A stretch of 64,000 bases of DNA from Candidatus Cloacimonadota bacterium (GTDB lineage: Bacteria; Cloacimonadota; Cloacimonadia; Cloacimonadales; WRIO01): contig JAKQQL010000192.1 in assembly GCA_029564175.1 (NCBI GenBank), positions 1 through 64,000 of the forward strand, read 5' to 3'. The position numbers and the translations under genes were made by a program. The stretch's first letter is position 1. Every line of letters begins with the position of its first letter. Positions 28,122 to 38,007 of the stretch are shown here, one piece after another. A model generated the notes under the pieces. The model was not told where the DNA came from, made no database searches, and saw only the letters and a list, made by a program, of their open reading frames with translations.

Positions 28122-29450
28122 ATGGATCAGGATATATGGCAGAATATACTTGATCAGTTAGAACAACATATTAATCCTCAGAGTTTCAAAACCTGGTTTA
28201 GCGAAACTCAGCTGATTGATATGGATGATAACTCATTGGTAATTCACGTACCAACAAAATTTGCAGCTGATTATCTGAATAAAACTTATTCAAAAACCAT
28301 ATCAGAAATATCAGATGCCATTTATAAAAAAATCTATCAGGTTAGATTTACTGAAAATATCCAATCTTCTTACAGAGATGTTAATAAAACTGAAATCTAT
28401 CAGCAGAATTTGATTGCCAGTAAGCTTAATCCAAAATATAATTTTACCGAATTTGTAGTGGGGAAGAGCAATAATTTTGCACACTCCGCATCAATGGCTG
28501 TAGCAGAATCACCTGGCACTACATACAATCCACTTTTCATTTATGGAGAATCAGGAATGGGGAAGACCCATCTAATGCAGGCAATAGGTAATTTTCTTCT
28601 TGAAGAAGGTAAAAGATATAATATTTTTTATATTACTACCGAGCAATTTACCAATGAAATGATTGAAGCAATTCGTGGTAATAAAATGCATGCTTTTCGT
28701 TATAAATTCAGAAATATAGACCTTCTATTAGTCGATGATATTCATTTTTTATCTAAAAAAGAAGGATCTCAGGAAGAATTTTTCCATACTTTTAATGCAC
28801 TTTACGAAGCTAAAAAACAAATAGTAATGACTTCTGATCGCCCGCCCAAAGATATCCCTGATCTTGAAAACAGATTGGTGACACGTTTTGAATGGGGATT
28901 ACTGGCTGATTTAAAGAGCCCTGATTTTGAAACCAGAGTTGCCATTTTAAGAAAAAAAGCAGAAGCAGAACATATTGAATTAAGTGATGAAGTAATTGAT
29001 TTTATTGCAGAAAAAATATCAACCAACGTCAGAGCACTTGAAGGTTCTCTTATCAGAATTCTGGCTTATTCTTCCTACAATAATATCAATCCAGACTGTA
29101 TTGATATATATACTGCACAGGAAATCCTTTCTGATATGATTTCTGAAAAACTAAAAGAAATCAGCATGGACAACATCTTTCAGAAAGTATGTAATTTCTA
29201 CAGTATCAGTCCCTCTCAGATGCTTGATAAAACACGAAAGGTAAATATTGCTTTTCCACGACAAATAGCCATGTATTTATCAAATCTGTTGATTCCTCAA
29301 ATCTCACTAAAAGATATAGCCACTTATTACAAAAGAAACGATCATACAACGGTATTACATGCTAAAAAAATGATTGAAAACAAGTTTAAAGATGATAATG
29401 ACCTCAGAATTCAAATCGAAAAACTGATAAAGGATATAAAAGGCTTATAA
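28122..29450 (+). CDS. dnaA: Chromosomal replication initiator DnaA
   Basis: YNPLFIYGESGMGKTHL, LLVDDIHFL, QEEFFHTFN, RQIAMYL and DHTTVLHA motifs. Confidence 0.98.
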   Translation: MDQDIWQNILDQLEQHINPQSFKTWFSETQLIDMDDNSLVIHVPTKFAADYLNKTYSKTISEISDAIYKKIYQVRFTENIQSSYRDVNKTEIYQQNLIASKLNPKYNFTEFVVGKSNNFAHSASMAVAESPGTTYNPLFIYGESGMGKTHLMQAIGNFLLEEGKRYNIFYITTEQFTNEMIEAIRGNKMHAFRYKFRNIDLLLVDDIHFLSKKEGSQEEFFHTFNALYEAKKQIVMTSDRPPKDIPDLENRLVTRFEWGLLADLKSPDFETRVAILRKKAEAEHIELSDEVIDFIAEKISTNVRALEGSLIRILAYSSYNNINPDCIDIYTAQEILSDMISEKLKEISMDNIFQKVCNFYSISPSQMLDKTRKVNIAFPRQIAMYLSNLLIPQISLKDIATYYKRNDHTTVLHAKKMIENKFKDDNDLRIQIEKLIKDIKGL

Positions 29451-29498
29451 ATGTCGTATTTTACTGCTAATGATATGGTTAAATCATTTCAAACTGTC

Positions 29499-29735
29499 TT
29501 TTCCACATATACACAGGAAAAGATGTGTAAAAATGTGGATAAGTCATTTAATTCTGAATTTTCAAAAAAATGCGTGGATAAGTTTTTAAAACTATTTCAT
29601 TTACTCACAACTTATACACATAATCATTATACAATTAACTCTATAAATAACATGATGTTAAGCATTATTAAAACTAGCTTATACTCAAATACACAGCCCC
29701 TAATACTACTACTAAAAAAATAAATTATAAAAGGA
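29499..29735. other. oriC: Replication origin oriC (DnaA-box cluster plus DNA unwinding element)
   Basis: Boxes at 29499 TTTTCCACA, 29534 TGTGGATAA, 29573 CGTGGATAA, 29601 TTACTCACA, 29612 TTATACACA, 29679 TTATACTCA and 29687 AAATACACA. These are followed by GCCCC, TAATACTACTACTA (DnaA-trios) and an AT-rich tract. Confidence 0.9.
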
Positions 29736-29747
29736 ATTATTAGTATT

Positions 29748-30971
29748 ATGAATAAGTATATTAAATTCGCTTTCGTTCTCAGCCTCCTGATCATTTTAAC
29801 AGGATGTAATAATAAAAATTCAATTGCCGGTTTTCCAGGAAGTGCTATCAGCCAATATGAAGTCGTCATTCCTGATTCATGTTTTGAATATTCATATACA
29901 TGGGGAGACAGTATTAAACCATTTACTGAAAATACAAAATTAGTTTTAGGTTCTTATGATGGTATTGATACAAGATGTTTGCTTCGTTTTTTAAGTCTTC
30001 CTTCAAGTGCTGACAGTGTTAGCAATGTCAATGTCCGATTTAAAATCTATAAGAATAAACTAAACTCAAATACTCAGTTTTCTATTCATAAAGTCACTAA
30101 ATCATGGTTAGAAAGCCAGGCAAGCTGGACTCATAATAAAACAGATTCCAATTGGTCTGAAGATGGGGGAGACTTTGATCCATTACCTTTGGCTACATTT
30201 ACTATCAATGCATCAAGAACTGACAGTGTTTCAATTAATCTTCCAGCAAGCTTGATTGAATACTGGGTACATAATGATTCACTTAACTACGGTATTTTGA
30301 TTAAGCAAACCAGTAGTAAAAGATCTACTCGTTTTGTTGAGTTATATTCATCAGAGAGTTATGATTCAGATATAGCACCTGTTCTCAGTTTTTCATACAA
30401 AGATTCTGATGGAGACTCTGTCTATTACAAGCAAATGTCGTATTCAGATACTTTTATTCATAATGCTCAGATGAGTCAAATGATAGATGAAAATATTCTT
30501 TCAATGTGGAATATAGCTCCCAAAGCACTTGCTTTTAAAGTGACTCTTCCATATCAGTTATTTGCAGATGCCGATTCTACAATCCTATCAGATGATGATT
30601 TAAGATTTGTTACAGTTAATCGTGCAGAATTAATTTTAAGTAAATCAGATGATGTATTGCCTAATACCAATACCAAAAATAGTGTTTCTGCATATTTACT
30701 CAATACACCTCTTACAAATCAGAATTATTTTTCAAGTGATGATTATACCTTTTATCATTCAACAATTGATACTTTAAGCAATAACACAATGAAAATCAAT
30801 GTTACCGGACTGATTCAGGCTTATTTATCAAAACTGAAAACCAATAATGGATTTTTAGTAAAATCCAATTATCAGGGTATGGATTTTTCACGAATTAATT
30901 ATTTTAACATTAATTGCAACGAACCTTCAAAAAGACCAAAAATTAAAATCAAATTTTCTACTTTACGATAG
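29748..30971 (+). CDS. Lipoprotein with DNRLRE/DUF4270-like beta-sandwich domains
   Basis: Lipobox ILTGC. Motifs RCLLRF, HKVTKSWLESQASW, NYGILIK, YSSE...PVL, and a second NNGFLVK...RPKIKIKF repeat. Confidence 0.65.
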   Translation: MNKYIKFAFVLSLLIILTGCNNKNSIAGFPGSAISQYEVVIPDSCFEYSYTWGDSIKPFTENTKLVLGSYDGIDTRCLLRFLSLPSSADSVSNVNVRFKIYKNKLNSNTQFSIHKVTKSWLESQASWTHNKTDSNWSEDGGDFDPLPLATFTINASRTDSVSINLPASLIEYWVHNDSLNYGILIKQTSSKRSTRFVELYSSESYDSDIAPVLSFSYKDSDGDSVYYKQMSYSDTFIHNAQMSQMIDENILSMWNIAPKALAFKVTLPYQLFADADSTILSDDDLRFVTVNRAELILSKSDDVLPNTNTKNSVSAYLLNTPLTNQNYFSSDDYTFYHSTIDTLSNNTMKINVTGLIQAYLSKLKTNNGFLVKSNYQGMDFSRINYFNINCNEPSKRPKIKIKFSTLR

Positions 30972-30980
30972 GAGAAAATA

Positions 30981-31790
30981 ATGAAAAATATTTTATTAAT
31001 TACCTGTATAACTTTTCTGTTATTATTAACAGCCTGTGATAATCATAAAGGCACAATCATTGCAAAAGTAAATGAAGAAGTACTCACTCTGGAAGAATTT
31101 GAAAAGAGTTTTCTGTCAATAGAATATAACAGTATGAGTGCTGAAAAGAAAAGAGAATGGATTAATAAATGGGTTGAGTTAACATTATTAGCTCAGAAAG
31201 CCGATCAGGATGATTTTTTAAAAGATAATAATGTGATGGATTTTAAAATTCAAAATGCAGTTAAAAAAGTAAAAGCCAATGCTGTAATCAACAAAGAGTT
31301 ACAATCAATTAAGGTTTCAGATGAAGAATTGTTCAATTATTATCGTGTACATCAGGGAGAATTTTCAAAGAAATATGCTTCTTACAAAGTGCAAAGAATC
31401 TTTTTTAATAATCAGGATGATATGTTAAAGGTAAAAAATTTATTAGATAATGGCAGTATTAAATTTACACCTGCTGCTATAGAATATTCTCAGGAAGATA
31501 TAGGGAAGTATGGTGGTTATATGACTGAATCTGTAACAGAAAAAGAACCACATACACAATTATTTAATACCTTAAAATCCTTAGTTCAATATCAATATAC
31601 AACAATGCCTTACAATAATGGATTTATTATAGTTAGATATATTGAATCCTCAGAAATCAATCAGGATGCTTCATTTGAAGAATTAAAACCAGAAATAGAA
31701 CAAGCTATCATTAAAGAAAAAAGAAAAGATATTTATAAAAATCTGATTCAAGACATCAAGTCAGAATCAAATATCGTAATATCATTATGA
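30981..31790 (+). CDS. PpiC/parvulin-type peptidyl-prolyl isomerase lipoprotein
   Basis: Lipobox LTAC, IAKVNEEVLT, AAIEYSQE..GGYM and SFEELKPEI. Confidence 0.75.
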   Translation: MKNILLITCITFLLLLTACDNHKGTIIAKVNEEVLTLEEFEKSFLSIEYNSMSAEKKREWINKWVELTLLAQKADQDDFLKDNNVMDFKIQNAVKKVKANAVINKELQSIKVSDEELFNYYRVHQGEFSKKYASYKVQRIFFNNQDDMLKVKNLLDNGSIKFTPAAIEYSQEDIGKYGGYMTESVTEKEPHTQLFNTLKSLVQYQYTTMPYNNGFIIVRYIESSEINQDASFEELKPEIEQAIIKEKRKDIYKNLIQDIKSESNIVISL

Positions 31791-33085
31791 GGTTTAAGAT
31801 GAAAAAAATGACTTTAATCATACTGTTATCTTTCTTTACTACAATCCTTTTTGCTACAAAAACCGATTATATTATAGCAAAAGCTGGTAAAGATATTATT
31901 ATGAAATCTGATTTACAAAAACAGATAATCCAAATGAAAAATGCAAAAGTTTGGGCTTCAGATACAACAGCTGAAACTGTTTTAAATGATATGATAGAAG
32001 CTAAGATTATCTTGGTTAAAGCACGAGAAATTGGCATTAAACCAGATGAACAAAAGATAAAAAACATTGTTGATAAACAACTTGCTTCAGTTAAATCGCA
32101 GTTCCCTGATGAATCGATGTTCTTTAATGAGTTAAGAAAAGCCGGCTTAACTGTCAGTGATTTAAAAAAGTATTATGAAGATATGTTAACAGATCAACAA
32201 CTTAAAGAGCAACTGATTCAAACACAGATCAGAAAAAAAGTTCAAGTAACTGATAGTGAGATTAAACAATATTTTGAAGATAATAAAGAAACAATTCTTA
32301 AGGATTTAAAAAAATATAAGATATCACTTATATTGAGAAATGTAAAAGCAAGTGATAAAACCAAAAAAATGGCTTTTAATAAGACTCTGGAAATACAACA
32401 GAAAATCAAAAAAGGGCAAAAATTTACTGTTTTAGCTAAAGAAATGAGTGATTGTCCCAGTGGTCAAAATGGAGGTGATTTAGGTTGGTTTTCAAGAGGA
32501 ATGATGGTTAAACCATTCGAAGATGCTGCTTTTAGTTTAAAACCAGGCGAAATATCAGAAATCGTGGAAACTCAATTTGGTTATCATCTGATAAGACTGG
32601 AAGAAGTTAAAGGAGATGAAATCAGAGCGAGTCATATTCTGGTTAAAACTGATCCGAATCAGGAAGATTTTGATAACGAAAAAACTACTATGGATTCTTT
32701 ATTAAAAAGGATAAAAACGGGTGAAGAGTTTAGTAAAATTGCTTCAGCATATTCTGAAGATGATTCTTCTAAAGTGAAAGGTGGAGTGATTGGTTATTAT
32801 TCTGTCAGTGAATTCCCTGAACTTTTTTCTGAAGAGATCGCATCAATTAATGACAATGAAGTGTCTAATGTGATTCATCATGAAAATACATTTTATATTT
32901 TTAAAAAGGACAGAATTGATGATCATGAATCCGGTTATGAAGATTTTAAAGAAAACATTCGTAATTATCTTATGAGTAAGAAGCAAACAGAATACTATCA
33001 TAAATGGATTCAACAAATAAAAACAGAGTTTTATATTTTTATCTATCAGGAAAGATTAAATGAATTTAGCCAGGAAATTAATTAA
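31787..33085 (+). CDS. surA: SurA-like chaperone with two parvulin domains
   Basis: SDCPSGQNGGDLGWFSRGMMVKPFEDAAF, ETQFGYHLI and ASHILVK, plus a SurA N-terminal domain. Confidence 0.8.
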   Translation: MRFKMKKMTLIILLSFFTTILFATKTDYIIAKAGKDIIMKSDLQKQIIQMKNAKVWASDTTAETVLNDMIEAKIILVKAREIGIKPDEQKIKNIVDKQLASVKSQFPDESMFFNELRKAGLTVSDLKKYYEDMLTDQQLKEQLIQTQIRKKVQVTDSEIKQYFEDNKETILKDLKKYKISLILRNVKASDKTKKMAFNKTLEIQQKIKKGQKFTVLAKEMSDCPSGQNGGDLGWFSRGMMVKPFEDAAFSLKPGEISEIVETQFGYHLIRLEEVKGDEIRASHILVKTDPNQEDFDNEKTTMDSLLKRIKTGEEFSKIASAYSEDDSSKVKGGVIGYYSVSEFPELFSEEIASINDNEVSNVIHHENTFYIFKKDRIDDHESGYEDFKENIRNYLMSKKQTEYYHKWIQQIKTEFYIFIYQERLNEFSQEIN

Positions 33086-33578
33086 TCAATTATCCCTTTA
33101 TATATCCACCTGTTCGGGTGTTGGATATATTCCTTTTGCACCAGGAACTTTTGGTACATTATTTGCCATGTTTATTTGGTTTTTAATACCAGATTATCTA
33201 TTTTACAATGCTACTGATAGTCATATATATTATCAGGAATTTATATATATGTCAGTCATTACCTTATTTTTAACTTTAATAGGTATTTATTCTTGTAGCA
33301 ATGCTGAAAAACAGTTAACACATGATGACCCAAAGATTGTTTTTGATGAATTAGTAGGATATATGATTTCAGTATTGTTTTTACCCAAAACATTGTCAAT
33401 AACACTATATGCTTTTATTTTATTTCGAGTTTTCGACATTGCCAAACCTTTTCCAATCAAACAAATTCAGAAGTTAAAAGGTGGGCTTGGTATCATGATA
33501 GATGATGTTGTAGCCGGAATTTTTAGTAATGTCTTATTACAAATATTGGTAATTATATACCCAAATTTTTTTAAATAA
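33060..33578 (+). CDS. pgpA: Phosphatidylglycerophosphatase A
   Basis: APGTFGT, HDDPKIVFDE, FRVFDIAKP and GIMIDD motifs. Confidence 0.93.
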   Translation: MNLARKLINQLSLYISTCSGVGYIPFAPGTFGTLFAMFIWFLIPDYLFYNATDSHIYYQEFIYMSVITLFLTLIGIYSCSNAEKQLTHDDPKIVFDELVGYMISVLFLPKTLSITLYAFILFRVFDIAKPFPIKQIQKLKGGLGIMIDDVVAGIFSNVLLQILVIIYPNFFK

Positions 33579-33595
33579 ACCAAACAGGAGAAAAA

Positions 33596-33919
33596 ATGAA
33601 TCAGTTAATATTAGCTCAGGCAGCACAACCAGGAACAGCAGCTTCCTTATTGAATATGGTAGTAATTCCATTTGCTTTAATGTTTTTTGTCATCTATTTC
33701 TTTATGATCAGACCACAGGCAAAAAAACAAAAAGAACATCAGGCTATGCTGGATAGTCTTCAAATCAATGATAAAGTTATCACATCCAGTGGAATTATTG
33801 GTGTTATTGTCAATATTAAGAGTGATAAAAACATCATTGTTGTACGTGTTGATGATACAACCGGAACAAGAATAGAATTTCAAAAAAGCTCAATCGTAGG
33901 TAAAGTATCAAATGAATAG
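33596..33919 (+). CDS. yajC: Preprotein translocase subunit YajC
   Basis: YFFMIRPQAKKQKEH and DKVITSSGIIG motifs. Confidence 0.95.
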   Translation: MNQLILAQAAQPGTAASLLNMVVIPFALMFFVIYFFMIRPQAKKQKEHQAMLDSLQINDKVITSSGIIGVIVNIKSDKNIIVVRVDDTTGTRIEFQKSSIVGKVSNE

Positions 33920-34463
33920 AAAAGCAAAACTCTTAGATATACATATATATGGGGATAAGGTTTTAAGAGAAAAAGCAAAACCTGTTGAGTCATTAACTCA
34001 AGAAATAAAAGATTTTATTGATGATTTAACTTATACCATGTATGAGAGAGATGGTGTAGGACTAGCAGCCCCACAAGTTGGTGTTTCTCTCCGTATTTTT
34101 GTTTGTGATCCAGAATGGTCAAAAACAGAAAAAAAGAATCCTTTAGTTCTGATAAATCCCAAATTTATGGATATGGAAGGAGATACTACTTACGAAGAAG
34201 GTTGTTTAAGTATTCCTGGAATATATGAAAAAGTGAAGCGATATTCCAAAGTCAAGATAAGCGCTTATAATGAAAACTGGGAAGAAAAAATATACGAAGC
34301 TGATGATCTTTTTTCAATTGTATTACAACATGAAAATGACCATCTGGATGGTATTCTATTTACAGATAAAATACCACAGTTACGAAAACTCATTATCAAA
34401 AAACAACTTAAATTAATTGAATCTAGCACTGATGAAAACGGAACAAATATCAAAAATGATTAA
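33912..34463 (+). CDS. def: Peptide deformylase
   Basis: GVGLAAPQVG, EGCLS and QHENDHLDG motifs. Confidence 0.97.
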   Translation: MNRKAKLLDIHIYGDKVLREKAKPVESLTQEIKDFIDDLTYTMYERDGVGLAAPQVGVSLRIFVCDPEWSKTEKKNPLVLINPKFMDMEGDTTYEEGCLSIPGIYEKVKRYSKVKISAYNENWEEKIYEADDLFSIVLQHENDHLDGILFTDKIPQLRKLIIKKQLKLIESSTDENGTNIKND

Positions 34464-35412
34464 AAAAACAATATTTGTGGGAACACCAGAGTTTTCTGTT
34501 CCCACTCTTTTAGCTTTGACAGAATCTGAGTTTAGGCCTGAATTAGTTATAACACAACCAGACAGACCTAAAGGAAGAAAGTTAATTTTAACCCCTCCGC
34601 CTGTAAAAATCATCGCTTTGGAAAAAGGTTTAAAAGTAATTCAACCCGAAAATATCAATTCAGAAGATGTCATTTCTATGCTTAAATCATTTCAACCAGA
34701 TATCATTATTACAATATCTTATGGTGGCTTTATTGGTAAGGAAATCAGGAAAATTCCACCTTACGGCGTTATTAATATCCATCCTTCTATATTACCTAAA
34801 TACAGAGGAAGTACTCCTATACAGACTGCCATCATAAATGGAGACGATGAAACTGCCATTACTATCTTCAAAATTACGGCTAAAATGGATGCAGGTCCAA
34901 TTTTATTTCAAAGAAGATATCCAATAAAATCTGATATGAATTTTACCCAATTGGATGATTTTCTTGCTTCAAAATCAGCTGATGATCTTTTAGATTTTCT
35001 CAGATATGCAGATAAATTAGTTTCAATAGATGATTATAATCGGATTATGACAACGCAATGTATTGATAATGTGAGTTATACATCCAAGGTTGCACATGAA
35101 ACTTTACGAATTAACTGGTATCAGGAAGCTAAAATTATTCATCATTTTATCAGAGCCTTTAGTGAAAGCCCTGGTGCTTTTACTACATTTAGAGAAAAAG
35201 AAATTAAAATATTAAAAACTTCTATTAGTTCTTCTCTCTCTAAACAATGTCCTGGAACTCTTTTTTATGATAAATCAGAAAATCAATTACTAATTTCAAC
35301 TCAAAGCAATGATTTGATTATTAATCAAGTACAACCACAAGGCAAGAAGATAATGAATATTCATGACTTTATTAATGGATACAGAATACAAACAGGAGAC
35401 ATTTTTATCTAA
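34456..35412 (+). CDS. fmt: Methionyl-tRNA formyltransferase
   Basis: FVGTPEF, TQPDRPKGR, INIHPSILPKYRG and MDAGP motifs. Follows def. Confidence 0.95.
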   Translation: MIKKTIFVGTPEFSVPTLLALTESEFRPELVITQPDRPKGRKLILTPPPVKIIALEKGLKVIQPENINSEDVISMLKSFQPDIIITISYGGFIGKEIRKIPPYGVINIHPSILPKYRGSTPIQTAIINGDDETAITIFKITAKMDAGPILFQRRYPIKSDMNFTQLDDFLASKSADDLLDFLRYADKLVSIDDYNRIMTTQCIDNVSYTSKVAHETLRINWYQEAKIIHHFIRAFSESPGAFTTFREKEIKILKTSISSSLSKQCPGTLFYDKSENQLLISTQSNDLIINQVQPQGKKIMNIHDFINGYRIQTGDIFI

Positions 35413-36182
35413 TGGATTTTGAAATTAATACCAAAGGAAAAGGATTATTTTTAACTCTATCAACAATAAGTCTTATAATAATCATGGCTTTGACAACTAT
35501 TCTCTGGTTCTTTATTTCACCTCGACTTCATGAAATTCATTTTTATTTCGCTAAAACAGTTCTCTATTTGTTAAGGGCATTTTATCTGATTATCATTTCA
35601 GGTATTGTTTTTCTATATATTACCTGTTTTCTTGAAAAGGTCTTCAAATTTGCTTTGCCTTTCGTTAGAATATCTATCAATTTTCTTTTTCCTATTACGG
35701 TATTATTGGGAAAAACACTTTCTATTCCAAAAGATAGGATTAGAAATTCTTTTGTTTTTGTTAATAATTCTTTTATTAAGGCATATAAGAAATTGTATAA
35801 TCCTTCTGATATATTGATACTTTTACCTCATTGCTTACAAAATACAGAATGTAAATACCGTATCAATCATCATATTGAAAATTGTATATCTTGTGGTAAA
35901 TGTGATATTGCATCTCTTAAAGCAATTCATCAAAATTATCATGTGAATATTGCAATTGCAACCGGTGGTACATTAGCCAGACGTATAATTGTTAATGTTA
36001 AACCAAAACTGATTATTGCTGTTGCATGTGAAAGGGATTTAGTAGATGGCATTCTTGAGGTATTTCCAATACCTGTTTATGGATTATTGAACGATAGACC
36101 TGAAGGTCCATGTATTAATACCAGAGTAAGCTGTGAATTAATAGAACAGATTTTGCAAAAAATTATAAGGAGAGAGGAATGA
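35412..36182 (+). CDS. DUF116 family protein
   Basis: LLPHCLQ, CISCGKC, ATGGTLAR, VACERDL and GPCINT motifs, with N-terminal TM helices. Confidence 0.85.
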   Translation: MDFEINTKGKGLFLTLSTISLIIIMALTTILWFFISPRLHEIHFYFAKTVLYLLRAFYLIIISGIVFLYITCFLEKVFKFALPFVRISINFLFPITVLLGKTLSIPKDRIRNSFVFVNNSFIKAYKKLYNPSDILILLPHCLQNTECKYRINHHIENCISCGKCDIASLKAIHQNYHVNIAIATGGTLARRIIVNVKPKLIIAVACERDLVDGILEVFPIPVYGLLNDRPEGPCINTRVSCELIEQILQKIIRREE

Positions 36183-36913
36183 AACGTACTTTATTTATCG
36201 TGTTTATGTTGATAAGTTGCTCTATTTTTGCTGAACGAATTCAAGAAATCAGCAATCCAACTGCAGGTATTCTCAAAAAGGGGGAAGCAAAAATTTATAC
36301 TAAAATCTATAAAGATAATGGTATGATTACAGGTGCATCAGTTGGTTTATTTGATAGTTTTATGTTTGGATTTACTTACGGTGGGGAAGAGCTTGTTGGA
36401 GATAAAAAACCTTTATGGCATGATAAGGTTGATTTTAATGCAAGATTTCGTTTGATTGATGAAACAACAAGTATTCCTGCAATTGTTATTGGATTTGATA
36501 GTCAGGGGCATGGAAAGTATTATAAAGAAGAAAAACGCTATGATATCAAGTCTAAAGGATTTTATACGGTTGCTTCTAAGAATTTTAATTTTTTAGGATT
36601 GTTTGGCTTAGATGCAGGTTTAAACTATTCCCTTGAAAATCATGATAATGATAAAGATTTAAACGTTTTCTGTGGAGCTTATAAAACTATAGGCAAAAGT
36701 ATAACTGCAATAGCTGAATATGATTTTGCAACAAATGATAATCAAAAACATCCCCTTCATGGAAAAGGAAATGGATATTTTAATGCTGGACTTGAATTAC
36801 AGATAAATGATCAATTTAGTATTAAAGTTTTAGCACATGATATTTTTATGAACAGACCTTTTGTAGATAGTTTTAACCGTTCTGTTCAAATCAATTATAG
36901 ATGGAATTATTAA
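36179..36913 (+). CDS. Exported hypothetical protein, probable outer-membrane beta-barrel (YjbH-like)
   Basis: Signal peptide, NPTAGIL, alternating beta-strand pattern and an aromatic C-terminus. Confidence 0.55.
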   Translation: MKRTLFIVFMLISCSIFAERIQEISNPTAGILKKGEAKIYTKIYKDNGMITGASVGLFDSFMFGFTYGGEELVGDKKPLWHDKVDFNARFRLIDETTSIPAIVIGFDSQGHGKYYKEEKRYDIKSKGFYTVASKNFNFLGLFGLDAGLNYSLENHDNDKDLNVFCGAYKTIGKSITAIAEYDFATNDNQKHPLHGKGNGYFNAGLELQINDQFSIKVLAHDIFMNRPFVDSFNRSVQINYRWNY

Positions 36914-36923
36914 AGGAGTATAA

Positions 36924-37097
36924 ATGGAACGCTTTAAATTTTCAAAATTGAACCTTATTTTGCTGGTTTTAGCAGCCGTTCTCTTAGTGGTTGGATATGG
37001 AATACTAAATACTGGAGATCGTACGATATCGCCCGTTATTTTAATTATTACTTATTTGTTAATTATTCCTTTTGCCTTTTTATATCATAAAAAATGA
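36924..37097 (+). CDS. Small two-TM membrane protein (DUF3098-like), not in the ORF track
   Basis: AAGGAG RBS. Sequence MERFKFSKLNLILLVLAAVLLVVGYGILNTGDRTISPVILIITYLLIIPFAFLYHKK, with an ATGA overlap to the next gene. Confidence 0.75.
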   Translation: MERFKFSKLNLILLVLAAVLLVVGYGILNTGDRTISPVILIITYLLIIPFAFLYHKK

Positions 37098-37978
37098 ATT
37101 CTGTAAGATATCAGGACATTTTCTTTAATATAGAAAAGTTCAAGCTTCAAACCAGGAATATTGTACATGGATTTATTACAGGAATTCATAAATCTCCCTT
37201 TCAGGGATTTAGTGTTGAATTTTCTGATCACAGACCCTATAATAATGGAGATTCAGTCGATCATATCGACTGGAAGCTATATGCAAAAACAAACAGATAT
37301 TTTATCAAAAGATATGAAGATGAAACAAATGTACCGGTTTACATCATTCTTGATCATAGTAAGTCTATGTCTTTTTCATCAGAAAAGCACACCAATAAAT
37401 TAGATTATGCTAAAATGATTACTGCTACTCTTTCTTATCTGGCATTAAAACAACGTGATGCTGTCGGGTTAATAACCATAAATCAGGATATCACATCCTT
37501 TTTACCTGCTAAGTCGAGACAAAACTGGATAGATCAGATTATTAAGAATTTGAATCTTTCTGATAGTACTGGGATAACTAAACTGAGTGAATGTCTTCAT
37601 AAATCTGCTGATATTTTAAAAAAACGCAATTTGATTATTATAATATCTGACTTTTTAGAAGAAACAAATGAATTTTTGTCTGCTTTAAGCCATTTTAAAT
37701 ATAATATGAATGACTTGATTTTAGTGAATGTAAATGACCAGAAAGAACTCAATTTTGATTATGATAGTGCATTAGAAATCTATGATTTAGAATCAGATGA
37801 AATGATTAATGCGAATGCTTTTGAAATAAAAAAAGAATACAATGAGTTTATTAGAAATCATTATAAAACCATAGAAGATGAAACTCTTAAACTGAATTAT
37901 GATTATATCAATTTCACTCTTAATTATGATTATAGTCAGATATTAGCTGCTTTTTTAAACAAAAGAAAAAGAATGTAA
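37094..37978 (+). CDS. DUF58 family protein (MoxR-associated, vWA-like)
   Basis: GIHKSPFQGFSVEFSDHRPY, IDWKLYAKT, YEDETN, LDHSKSM and IISDF motifs. Confidence 0.9.
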   Translation: MNSVRYQDIFFNIEKFKLQTRNIVHGFITGIHKSPFQGFSVEFSDHRPYNNGDSVDHIDWKLYAKTNRYFIKRYEDETNVPVYIILDHSKSMSFSSEKHTNKLDYAKMITATLSYLALKQRDAVGLITINQDITSFLPAKSRQNWIDQIIKNLNLSDSTGITKLSECLHKSADILKKRNLIIIISDFLEETNEFLSALSHFKYNMNDLILVNVNDQKELNFDYDSALEIYDLESDEMINANAFEIKKEYNEFIRNHYKTIEDETLKLNYDYINFTLNYDYSQILAAFLNKRKRM

Positions 37979-38007
37979 AAAATTAAATAGTTTTGAAAAA
38001 TCGCTAT

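Noticed and set aside
29451..29869. ORF-track calls 29451-29723 (+) and 29627-29869 (-)
   Set aside because: They are translations of the oriC DnaA-box region (VDK and HN motifs come from TGTGGATAA-like boxes) and have no RBS.
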